Of a DNA stretch of 64,000 nt, positions 1 to 11,659 are shown piece by piece; positions within the stretch are counted from its first letter, which is position 1; every line of letters starts with the position of its first letter. Source of the stretch: Torpedo marmorata (lineage: Eukaryota); NCBI GenBank assembly GCA_977017645.1, contig OZ360220.1, forward strand, positions 144,894,001 through 144,958,000, read 5' to 3'. Below the pieces are notes generated by a model. The model made no database searches and was not told the DNA's origin. It was given only the letters and a program-made list of their open reading frames with translations. The translations under genes were made by a program, and so were the position numbers.

Positions 1-457
1 TGAGTTGGCGCGCTCTGTTAGCTGCCTCAGTACGACAACTTTCCGGATACCGCTCCAACCGTACTAATAGAGAAACATTATCGATTCAGTCGGCATCCAT
101 TCATTACTTAACCTGAGCTGTTCATTTCTGACGGGCTTCCAGTGGTTTGTTTTCCTTTAATCCGGCACCCAGCCTATCCCGCTTTTCCTGTTACTCGCTC
201 AGATGCAGTCACGTACCGACTCCCCGTCGCTATCCAGCCCCACGTGCTTTGTGTGTTTTATTTTCCTTCCAAAAGTTGACCAAAAATGCCAAGCTGCGTG
301 GCCGGTTTCATAATTCAGTCCAGTGATCGACACAACTTGCCCGCTTCTCGCCAGGAATTAAAACTCCCACATCTCCTCAAGGATTTCAAGAGATACAGTT
401 TTCCGAATGTCCCTGGAACTATCAAGAAGTAACTTAACCGTCTAACTGCAATATACC

Positions 458-650
458 AAAAGTGCTGGAGAAACTCAATAGGTCACGCAGCATCTTTAGG
501 AAGTAAAGGCTAAGCAACGTTTCGGGCCTGAGTCATACGTCGAGGTGTAACCCATTAATTTTTGTAGATGCTGCGTGACATGCTGAGTTTCTCCAGCACT
601 TTTGTCTATTACACGACAATCCCAGCGTCTGCAGACTTTCTTGTTTAATT
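458..650. repeat. Palindromic element made of two inverted PLE-type termini
   Basis: Arms 458-495 and 566-603 are near reverse complements (GTGCTGGAGAAACTCA...TGAGTTTCTCCAGCAC); hammerhead remnant ACGTTTCGGGC. Confidence 0.8.
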
Positions 651-893
651 TAAATGTCTAAATCCGAGTTCCAGTTTGACCCAGGATTCCGTGCACAGTG
701 TCGACTTGTGCCGATCACTGCGCTGTACACCATCGACCCTTCACGAAATCGTTTAGGATAAACGTTCTGCCTGGATGTTGCTAGTGTGGTGACTGTTGTG
801 AAGACTGATATTCCCGATATTGGGACCGTGGCGTGTTATAGATCCTCTTAAATATTTGCTTTTCTTCTCCACAGCTAAAGTTCTCCTCTCTGG

Positions 894-3160
894 TAGAACC
901 ATAGAACAATTACAGCACAGAAACAGGCCACCTTGGCCCCTCTAGTCTGTGCCGAACCTTTTTTTATCCTAGTCCCACTGACCTGCACCCAGCCCATAGC
1001 CCTCCATACCTCTCCCATCCATGTACCTGTCCAAATTCTTCTTAAATGTTAAAATTGAGCCTGCATTCACCACTTCAGCAGGAAGCTCACTCCACACTCC
1101 CACCACTCTCTGTGTGAAGATGTTCCCCCTAAACTTTCCCCTTTCACCCTTAGCCCATGACCTCTGGTTTGTATCTCACCTACCATCAGTGGAAAAAAGC
1201 CTATCTACATTTACTCTGTCTATCCCCCTCATAATTTTAAATACCTCTATCAACTCTCCCCTCATTCTTCTACGCTCCAGGGAATCGAGTCCTAACCTGT
1301 TTAACCTTTCCCTGTAACTCAATTCCTAAAGTCCAGACAACATCTGAGTAAATCTTCTCTGCACTCTTTCTATCTTATTGATATCTTTCCTGTAGTTAAG
1401 TGACCAAAACTGCACCCAATACTCCAAATCTGGCCTCACCAATGTCTTATACAACTTTAACATAACTTCCCAACTCCTGTACTCAATAATTTGATTTATG
1501 AAGGCAAACATGCCAAAAGCTCTCTTTACATCCCTATCCACCTGTGACACCACTTTCAGGGAATTAGGTATCTGTATTCCCAGATCCCTCTGTTCTACCG
1601 CACTCCTCAGTGCCCTACCATTTACCGTGTATGTCCTTTCCTGGTTTATCCTTCCAAAATGCAACATCTCACAGTTGTCTGCATTAAACTCCATCTGCCA
1701 TTTTTCAGCCCATTTTACCAGCTGGTCCAGATCCCTCTGCAAGCTTTGAAAACCTTCTTTGCTGTCCACAACACCTCCAATCTTAGTGTCATCTGCAAAT
1801 GTGCTGATCCATTTTACCACATTATCATCCAGATCATTGATATAGATAACAAACAACAATGGTCCCAGTACTGATCCCTGAGGCACACCACTAGTCACAG
1901 GCCTCCAATCTGAGAAGCAATCTTCCACCACTACTCTCTGGCTTCTCCCGTCCAGCCATTGTCGAATCCAGTTCATTACTTCACCATGAATACCTAGCGT
2001 CTGAACCTTCCTGACTAACCTCCCTTGTCAAAGGCCTTACTAAAGTCCATGTAGACAACATCCACAGCCTTTCCTTTGTCAACTTTCCTGGTAACCTCCT
2101 CGAAAAACTCTACAAGATTGGTTAAACACAACCTACCACGCACAAAGCCATGTTGATTATCCCTAATCATTCCTTGGCTATCCAAATAATTGGAAATCCC
2201 ATCTCTTAGAACACCTTCCAATAATTTACCTACCACTGACATCAGGCTCACTGGCCTATAATTTCCAGGATTACTTATGGAGCCTTTTTTAAACAATGGA
2301 ACAACGTGAACCACCCTCCAAACCTCCGACACCACACCCGTGACTAAGGACATTTAAAATATTTCTGCCAGAGCCCCTGCAATTTCTACACTAGCCTTCC
2401 TCAAGGTCCGAGGGAATATCTTGTTAGGCCCTGGGGATTTATCCACCCTTATTTGCTTTAAGACAGCAAGCACTTCCTCCTCTTTAATCTGTACAGAGTC
2501 CATGACCTCACTCCTTGTTTTCCTTACTTCCCACGATTCTGTGCCCGCTTCCTGAGTGAATACTGATGAAACAAAAACATTTAAGATGTCCCCCAATTCT
2601 TTTGGCTCCATATAAAGCTGACCACTCTGATCTTCAAGGGGACCAATTTTGTCCCTTACTATCCTTTTGCTCTTAATATATCTGTATAAACCCTTAGGAC
2701 TTTCCTTCACATTGTCTGCCAAAGCAACCTCATGTCTTCTTTTAGCCTTCCTGATTTATTTCTTGAGATTTTTTTTTGCATTTTTTATACTCCTCAAGTT
2801 CCTCATTTGCTCCAAGTTGCCTATACCTGTTATACACCTCTCTCTTCTTTCGAACCAGATCCCCAATATCCCTCAAAAACCAAGGTTCCTTATACCTCTC
2901 TAACCTTGCCTTTGATCCTGACAGGAACATACAAACTCTGACCTCTCAAATTTTCACCTTTGAACGTCCTCCACTTACCTCGCATATCCTTTGCAGAAAA
3001 CAACTTATCCCAATCCACACATTCTAGATCCTTTCTCATTTCCTCACCATTGGCCTTTCTCCAATTTAGTATCTCAACCCGAGGCCCAGACCTATCCTTC
3101 TCCATAATTAACTTGAAACTAATGGCATTATGATCACTGGACCCAAAATATTCCCCCCAC
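894..3160 (-). mobile_element. CR1-clade (HER1-like) LINE, 5'-truncated and disrupted
   Basis: RT motifs GVPQGSVLGPLLF and FADD, PGNYRPVSL, endonuclease end SSDHNAISF; 3' tail of TTCTATGG-like repeats; split over several ORFs. Confidence 0.95.
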
Positions 3161-3326
3161 CTAAGGACACAGGCTAGAGCAATGCAATGAGTAAACACGC
3201 CTGGGAGTCCTGGTCGCTCAACCCATCGCCATTCACGAGTAAGCCCGTGTTCGGGATGTCCTTGTTGGCGGTGGAAGGGCATGAGAAGGAGGCTGGAACA
3301 CCAGTCATCGGCAAACATGAACATTC

Positions 3327-3512
3327 TGTGTGAACAAAAAGAAGCTGGAGAGACTCGGCAGTTCAGAGAGCACCCGTGGTGAGAAAGGCTCGGTCAACCT
3401 TGCGGGACCGTTGACTGACCATTTCTCCCCACGGATGCTACCTGGCCCGTTGAGTTCCACCAGCTTCTCTTTGTTCACACAAAATCCCAGCATCTGCACC
3501 TTTTGTGTTTTT
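3327..3512. repeat. Palindromic PLE-terminus derivative
   Basis: Arms ~3327-3398 and ~3410-3481 are imperfect inverted repeats. Confidence 0.78.
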
Positions 3513-4285
3513 CAACATGAAGTTTTTATTCATTTCACGAAATATTTTCTGTTTCAACTAATGAGATCATCTGCCTTCCACATTTGCAGTGAAATCAACC
3601 CAATTTTCGTAATCTTCACCTGACTTGTTCGGATTCCAGAGTCCCAACCCACCCCCAAGATCTTCTGTTGGCTACCTTTATGTGACTTGTTCTTAGTGAG
3701 TTACAGAGGGTTTGTCCAAATCGCAGATTTTTGTGACTTTTTAAAATCCTTCAAATTGCAAAACAGGAGATGTTGCACCGTAAGGTTTAATCTTATCTGA
3801 TATGCTCGGCATTCCAGCCAGTGAAGATAGCAATTGTGAAATCTCACGGTAAAATTCTGGTCCATAAGTTTGGGTTAATCAAAAAAAGTGCATTTAAAAT
3901 GTAACAAAAACATCTTGTTATTGTGGCGCGTCCCTCTGTTCGAACACACACCTGCAGCATGACCCTCCCCGCACATACACCTCGCCACGGAAAGGGTGCA
4001 TAATAATGCGCTGGTGGAGATAGTGTGAATCATCTGTGGTAGAAGTTCAGGAACATCTCTCTCTTCCCGTCCTCCCCCCACTCCCGCCCCCTCCCCGCAC
4101 TCCCGCCCAGGTCCATCCTCAATAAATTTGGGACTTATCAAATGACATTCTTTTGAACCCTTACAAGCATTAGTTACCGCATTTCCACTGAAATGCATGA
4201 TATGGGATTAGGTCGACACGTTTCAAAATAAAATGTCATTTTCGATCATTTTCATAAATGACGAATGTGATTCGCACAGATCTTG

Positions 4286-5352
4286 GACCCTCGGACCTTG
4301 AGGGAGGCTAGTGTAGAAATTGCAGGGGCTCTGGCAGAAATATTTAAAATGTCCTTAGCCACGGGTGTGGTGCCGGAGGATTGGAGGTAGCTCACGTTGT
4401 TCCGTTGTTTAAAAAAGGCTCCAAAAGTCACCCTGGAAATTATAGGATGGTGAGCCTGACGTTAGTAGTAGGTAAATTATTGGAAGGTGTTCAAAAAGAT
4501 TGGATATACAATTATTTGGATAGCCAGGGACTGATTAGGGATAGTCAACAGGTCGTGTTTAACGAATTTTATAGAGTTTTTCGAGGACATTACCAGGAAA
4601 CGACGAAGGAAATGGTAGGGCACTGAGGAGTGTGGTAGAACAGTGGGATCTGGGAATGCAGATACATAATTCCCTGAAAGTGACGTCACAGGTGGATAGG
4701 GTTGTAAAGAGAGCTTTTGGCATATTGGCCTTCATAAATCAAAGTTTTGAGTACAGGAGCTGGGATGTTATGGTAAAGTTGAATAAGACATTGGTGAGAC
4801 CAAATTTGGAGTATTGTGTGCAGTTTTGGTCACCTAACTACAGGAAAGATATCAATAAGATAGAAAGAGTGCAGAGAAGATTTACTAGGATGTTGCCCGG
4901 ACTTTAGGAACTGAGTTACAGGGAAAGGTTAAACAGGTTAGGACTTTATTTCCTGGAGCGTAGAAGAATGAGGGGAGATTTGATAGAGGTATTTAAAATT
5001 ATGAGGGGGATAGTCAGAGTAAATGTCAATAGGCTTTTTTCCATTGAGGGTAGGTGAGATACAAACCAGAGGACATGGGTTAAGAGTGAAAGGGGAAAAG
5101 TTTAGGGGGAACATGAGGGGCAACTTCTTCACACAGAGAGTGGTGGGGGTGTGGAACGAGCTTCCAACTGAAGTGGTGAATGTGGGCTCAATTTTTACAT
5201 TTAAGAAGAATTTGGACAGGTACTTGGATGGGAGAGGTATGGAGGGGTATGGACTGGTTGCAGGTCAGTGGGACTAGACAAAAAATGGTTCGGCACAGAC
5301 TAGAAGGGCCGAAGAGGCCTGTTTTGTGGTGTAATGTTCTATGGTTCTATTA
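4286..5352 (+). mobile_element. CR1 LINE fragment of the same family, RT core deleted
   Basis: Very similar to 894-3160 in the opposite orientation; jumps from the TRK region to NGRALRS near 4605; TTCTATGGTTCTAT tail. Confidence 0.93.
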
Positions 5353-6694
5353 TTCATAAGCAGCGAGAACAGGGCATTCTACAATATTTTGTTCTGCTTT
5401 TTCGTGAAGTCATCCAAGTCACTTACGACTAAATGTCAACATAAGTCATTCCGTTCAAACGTAAGTCATAGTCATACAGCGTGGACACAGGCCCCTTCGG
5501 TCCAACTTGCCCACACCGACCAAATGTCCCACCTGGTCCTTTTACATCGGTTCGTTCATCCTACACACTCTTATGAAACTGTCCATGCAGTTCCTGCTTC
5601 AAATCTAAATCAGGTTGGATATAATGAAATTAGTCAATAGATCCATGAGCTACCTGGGTGGGAAGAGATAAGAATCTGGGTATGTAGTAATGAGATCGCT
5701 CGCTCACAGTTATAATGGGTGGAGCAGCCTCCGACATAATTCTATGATTCTCCCATTTCCTCCATCGGAACTGAGACACATGCCTGAAGGAAACCCTTTC
5801 GCCGCGTGCGCCCTCTGGATGAAGCGCCTGATTCTCTTGTTTTGTACGTAAAGCTACAACGTTGCTCTTTTTACCTCAAGTAAATTCCTGTTTCCTTGAC
5901 TAGGATTCCGCCTAGTACACACACTTCGCTCCGCAGCTATGAATCTATGCCTTTGAGGGCTTTAGGCGCCTTTGTTCCGTAACTCCTGGTGTTTCTCAAA
6001 GTTTAAAGAGCCTGTTGTCTAATGAATGATAATCTTCCTGCCGCCATTGTAACACTTTTAGGCCCCTCTGATTATTTTTCTCGGTTATGGGGTCACAAAA
6101 CGTACCCCATAAGTGAGCCTAAGCTACCTACGAAACACCTTCAAATATGTAAAGCGTACAATTGAAAATGTAGGTGGAATCCTAATGGTTTACCATTTTT
6201 TACGCAGCGGCCCGTTTGAACTCTCCAACACTAGTCCTCCCCCAACCTCAGCACGTAGTAAAAACAGATTTAACCACTGATCTGAACTCTCAAGCAGCGT
6301 GAGCCTGCTCCAGAGCCAGCGTTCTCCGTTGACTGTGAATGTATGTCGTATTTAGGGAATGCATTCAACGTGAAACGCGCTCGGGTTTCGATGCCCAAAG
6401 CAAATATTTTCCACAAACCCAACTGTGAATGATGAGGCGACCTTGTGGAGATGTTGCTTCGTACCAGAGTGAGAGAGATGCTCCACAGCTGCCCGTTCTT
6501 TCTCAGAAAGATTGCTTTATTTTAACCAAAATTAACCTCCGTTCGGCCCGTGTTGCCGAAAAGGCTGGTTGTATTGAATTATCCGTTAGAGCGCTACAGT
6601 AAAGGTTTCAGAATACAGGTGCGCATTGTCACTCAGTGCCCAGGCGATTCCAGAAAAGCTTCTCCAACAGGGAGAGACATGGGCATACACCTTG

Positions 6695-7105
6695 CTCCGT
6701 TCCTTGCATATGAAGAGAGGCTGGATCGACTAGGCTTATTCTCGCTGGAATTTAGAAGATTAAGAAGAGATCTAATTGTTCCCGATGTTGGGGAAGTCTA
6801 GAACCAGGGGTCACAGTTTAAGGATAAATGATAAAGTCTTTTAGGACTGAGATGAGAAAAAAAATCACTCAGAGGGTGGTGAATTTGTGGAATTCTCTGC
6901 CACAGGAAGTAGTTGAGGCCAGTTCCTTAGCTATATTTAAGAGGGAGTTAGATTTGGCACTTGTGACTAAGGGGATCAGGGGGTATGGAGAGAGAGCTGG
7001 TACTGGGTACTGAGTGGATGATCAGCCATGATCAAAACGAATGGCGGTGTAGGCTTGAAGGGCCAAATGGCCTACTCCTACATCTATTTTCTATGTTTCT
7101 ATGTT
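6695..7105 (+). mobile_element. CR1 LINE 3' fragment (different subfamily)
   Basis: YEERLDRLGLFSLEFRRLRRDLI and TQRVVNLWNSLPQ; TTTCTATG tail. Confidence 0.9.
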
Positions 7106-8921
7106 CCTTGGTCAGCGCTTGGCTCCCGAAGTCAGCAGAAGTTGGCATTCCAATTACTGCCTGATCTACTCTGCATGGGAGAGCAACATAAAAATAAATC
7201 TCCCCATTTAGTTTCGGAAATGCACTTCAATAAAGTTTCAGTGTTATCGTGAAATCGTACGGAGAAGGTCATGCTTCCATGGTATCGGTTATTTAGAACT
7301 CTCCAATTGGTTGCACTTCACTCTGCAACTTACCCTTCTTCATTTTCCAAACTCCTTTGAAAGTTGCCGTGGAATCGCTGCAAAACTTTCAACTTGTTTT
7401 CTCTCGAACACCCACTGCAATATACCCAGATCCTCCACCCACTTCACGCACAACATGTTCTGCTCACCACATGGAGGTGCGGGGGCCTCTTTTGGAAGCT
7501 TCATGTCGCCGCTCAGCAGCAGTGCAAGAAAGAACGTGCGCTTAATGGCATTCGGAAAATTCTAACCTTGATCTAATCAGAACATTTAACTCAGCCAAAT
7601 ACTAAAGTTCGCTGTTACGCGAGTTCCCCAAAGTTCCTTTAACAAATTCCGCGATACTAAAGGAAGAGTGAGGGGGAAACTCCCGACAGAGTGAATTGAT
7701 CCGAGGAGGGTTGAGGGGAGGAATATTACCCCAGTGGGGCCTCCAACACAGAGCGTGGTCGAGGCAGAAACTATCACCACTTTTCAAAAAGACTTGATGA
7801 GCTCTTGAGGTACCGTAATCTCGGGGGCGACTGAACGGGCTGGGAATTGGGTTTAAACGGTTCTTTTAGACCAGCATAAACAGAATGGACCGAATGGGCC
7901 CTTCTGAGGCACAGTGGTTCGACGAACTGACATCAAGTGGCTCATTAGGTAAACGATCGCTGTAACATTAAGGTTAAAGGGGCTGGGGGTGAATGGGCCA
8001 CAAAACCGTGTATAAAGGTAAACGGCGAATAAACACGCGCTTTTAAATTCTACAGATCTGTACATTTACTTCTGCAGCGTTATGGATGGGAGAGGCGGAC
8101 GGTATGCGAGTTTGGCCATTCATTGCTCGTGGTCGTTGCTAAGAATTGAAACAAATAAATATTCCTCCAAGTGAAAAGGACAATGAGCTGGGGCTGTGAC
8201 TCCTATTCTGACCTTATAAACTTTGACATCTGCGATGTTCTGCACTCGCGACTCTAGAGTGAATTGTTAAATTGTTAACAATTCAGTCACGAATTCTTGT
8301 AAACGAATTAGATGTGAGGTGGCGCCATGACCGGTCTCACGGTGAGTTCAAATATAGAGAAATACGCTTGGAAAATAAGGTAACCCCACAGACTAATGAG
8401 GGACATCGAGGGAGTGCGAAAGAATGCATTTGTTTGTAATATGCAAATACAGTAATGAATTATCATCCAAACGCGAAAAACAAACTCGTAGCTTCAGATG
8501 CATCGTGCACATTTTAAACATCCAAGATGATTTGTGTACACAGGCGCACAAAGTTCAGCGGAACAACATTCGTGCTCAGCGTGGAGTCTGGGGTAAAATA
8601 GAAATGGAGAAAATACTAGACAACACTTATTTCCATACTCGTGGGTAGTTTACGTGTCCCGAACAATTCAGCAATAGCTTCTTTCTGAATATATTGTAAA
8701 GGACAGAACAGCAGTTGCACAGATTTAAGCCATTTGAGTCTGTAGCTCTCAGGTCAAGAGACAACACTGTTCCAGGACTTCTGCCTTACCGACTGTGGTC
8801 TTTCCACTCTGATGATCTCTCCTTTTTGTGAGCACTGTGCACACTCTCAAACCGTATAAGCGGGTATTCCTGAAATGCGTATATCAGTATAGATTACATC
8901 CTTCTCCGACCACGCAGAGTC

Positions 8922-9060
8922 CTGCCCGGACGCCTGCCGGCATTTTCTCATACTTTGATGAAGGGCTCAAGCCCGAAATGTCGGTTATATATTTCTACCT
9001 TTGCTACATAAAAGACACTGTTTGACCTGCTGAGTTTCTCCAGCATTTGTGTTTTTTTAC
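8922..9060 (+). mobile_element. Solo Penelope-like terminal fragment
   Basis: Nearly identical to the reverse complement of 25995-26118. Confidence 0.88.
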
Positions 9061-9089
9061 CCCTAATCACACTCCTCGGGTATGAGGTG

Positions 9090-9355
9090 TCCCAGGTAAA
9101 TTTACTGCTGAATGTGTCAGACACCAATTAATTCACTTGGTGAATGTACTTGGTATTCACTAACTCCCTGGTGAATGTACGGTACTAGCTAACTCGTCTA
9201 GTGATTGTAGCCGTAGCCAGCTGACACTTCTGGTAAATATACTGGAGAAGAGCTCGTCCCTGAGGTAAGTGAACCTTCCATCAGTTAACTCCCCTGCTTA
9301 AAGTCCCTGTTGTCAGCCGCTCCCCTGGTGAATGTAGCGGATACCAGTTATGTCC
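9090..9355. repeat. Degenerate ~31-33-bp tandem repeat
   Basis: Recurring TAACTCCCTGGTGAATGTAC/G-like units. Confidence 0.65.
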
Positions 9356-9455
9356 CTTGTTTAAAAAAACACGTCGGGAGCGGTAGGATGCATATAAATA
9401 AAGAAAAAGATTCCACTGATTATGGAAAGACAGCAAAATAAATAAGAAATTAGAT

Positions 9456-9597
9456 AGAGAGAGAGAGAAATGAGAAAACGTGAGTGAGAGAGGAGTGAGA
9501 GAGGAGTGAGAGAGGAGTGAGAGAGGAGTGAGAGAGGAGTGAGAGAGGAGTGAGAGAGGAGTGAGAGAGGAGTGAGAGAGAGAGAGAGAGAGAGAGA
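9456..9597. repeat. Polypurine repeat: (GA)n plus an 11-bp GAGAGGAGTGA array
   Basis: Directly visible. Confidence 0.95.
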
Positions 9598-10689
9598 TAT
9601 TAAAACTCACAACAGAACCTCCAGAAAGAAAGCGATTCCCAACCCCTGACAGTGAGGCAAACAGGAAGGCTGAGAGGAAGTAGTAGGTTTTACTGAAAAC
9701 GATAACGGCGAGGCTCGGAGAGAAGGCTGACATTGTGGCAGATTCCAAAACGTTGACACTGTTCCATGTGGTGAGATTTGTGGCAAGTGGCGTGTTTAAG
9801 AATAATGACATCTGTAATTAATGACAATTAGTCGAAGTGTAGCGACGAATAGTGGGCCCACCAGTGCGCTGAAACAAACAGTGAACACTTAGATTTCAGA
9901 CTCCCTCTCTCTGCCTGATCGTACATTTCTTTCTCCTCGTGTTTATAGGTGCAACAGTGAATGAAAGAGTTGGTGCAGCCAATATGCCACAACCTCAAGG
10001 ATATTCTCAGTCCCTTCCCGAAACTAATGATAGCCGGAGCCGTCAGAAAGCCCCTTTCACACGTTTATTAAAAGGATCGGAGCATTGTGTCCTGATAGAT
10101 GTTACCTGGACGCATGTTTTACCTCGCCAAGTCCCAGAAGATGCTTACCATCGTGAATAATATATCATCATAAAATAGTTCTTTCTGTTATTAATGTATT
10201 TTTGAAATGCAGGAGTACGTCTTGTACTTGTTCGTAATTTCTCTTTATTTCTTGATGTAAATATTTTTTTCTTGGTCAATACGGGAGAAATAATTATATT
10301 AGGAATGCCATAAAGTCGGGTTAGGCTCTTAAAATGTATTCGGCCTTTTAATGATAGTGACTGCTGGAATTGTCTGGGTAAGTGGAAGTCGGTCTAACTC
10401 TCATGTCACACAATATTCACGATTTTCACATGTGAATACTGCCTGCTGCTGACCGCCACCAACACCTACAGTGAGAATGTTTGAATACTTATCCCAAGCT
10501 CATAAAAATAATCACGTTAATACACTGAATCCCGTGAAGCACCACCGCAGAGGGTAATATAGGTGCATCGCGCACCGTGCAACTTTATGAAAACTCCTCA
10601 CTCTCCACACAACCGCTGCAAACGAAAGCAAAATCTGGCTGAGGCAAACTCTCTCTGCACGCAGCACCCACCCCTTACTCCTCGCCACC

Positions 10690-11208
10690 CCGCGAATAAT
10701 TATTACTTTATCGGCACAAACTGCGTAAGCAGCAGGTAAATAGACACTTCGTCATTAATTTCTGATTCCTTTCATTTTCGACTCACAGGGTCGGTTCTGT
10801 AGTCACCGTGATGTCAGGGAGAAGCCCCAATCAGAAGCGCCTCTGCTCAGGCACGTGTTACAGGCGCATTAGAAAGAAAAGGAGAGAGAAAAAAATCGCT
10901 CGCAAAGTGACAGAAGTACATTTTCGTCCAAAAGTGTCACGGGGAGGTGGGAATCTGGTGTGCGAGAAACGGCCCTTCAAGGAACGGGTCTGCCTCTGTC
11001 CACGGTGCTGAAACGCATTCGCCACCCAAACGTCCTCTGAACTAGAATCTAGACAGTTTCAAGCCACAAAGAGATCCAGATTTTGTACCAACTTTCTTTT
11101 GGAAATTTTAGTGGAGGTTTCATTTCTCCGGATAGCTGTTTGGAAGCGGGAGGATTTCACCACCGAATTTCAGTCAACTTTATTCCAAATGACCATTTAA
11201 AGTGAGGC
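10690..11208 (+). promoter_or_regulatory. Probable barhl1 promoter and 5' UTR
   Basis: Directly upstream of the ATG; CpG-rich; CCAAT box near 10827, E-box CACGTG near 10852, TAAT cores; TSS not determinable. Confidence 0.55.
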
Positions 11209-11659
11209 ATGGAAGGCTCCAGTTTTGGGATTGACTCGATCTTATCCCATCGGCCCGTCAGCCCGGTGCTGGGCAAAGGAGATTCGTTGATTGGCGACTG
11301 CAGATCACCTTCGGAGATGAAAGGTGGCCTGAGCCCAGTGTCGGACGTCGGCAGCGAGCAAGATTCCCCTTCCTCGCCCGGGACCGAGTGCGCCGAGACG
11401 CCGCCGCCCCTGCCGGGCGCCGCTGGCGGGCTCGAGTCGCAGCCGCATCCAGGGCAGCTGTGTGCCGCTCCCCAGCCCAGGAATGCCACCTCCTCCTTCC
11501 TCATCAGAGACATTCTGGGCGAGTGCAAACCTTTGGCGGCCTGTGCCCCGTATTCCAGCAGCAGTCAGGCTCCCCAGGAAACGGTGCATAAACAGGGAGA
11601 GGATTTCAGAGAGAAACTGGACAAAAGGGAAAATTCTTCCTCGGACACGGAATATAAAG
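11209..11659 (+). CDS. barhl1: BarH-like homeobox 1, coding exon 1
   Basis: ATG at 11209; MEGSSFGIDSILSHR...SSFLIRDIL (two eh1/FIL motifs)...DTEYK; donor AAG|GTAAGC at 11659/11660, phase 1. Confidence 0.96.

Noticed and set aside
7311-7576. Three overlapping + strand ORFs, considered as a terminal exon of the upstream syntenic gene CFAP77
   Set aside because: None of the frames resembles the CFAP77 C-terminus as I recall it; TBLASTN would be needed.
9281-9811. 176-aa Ser/Leu-rich ORF
   Set aside because: Spans the polypurine repeat; low-complexity artefact.
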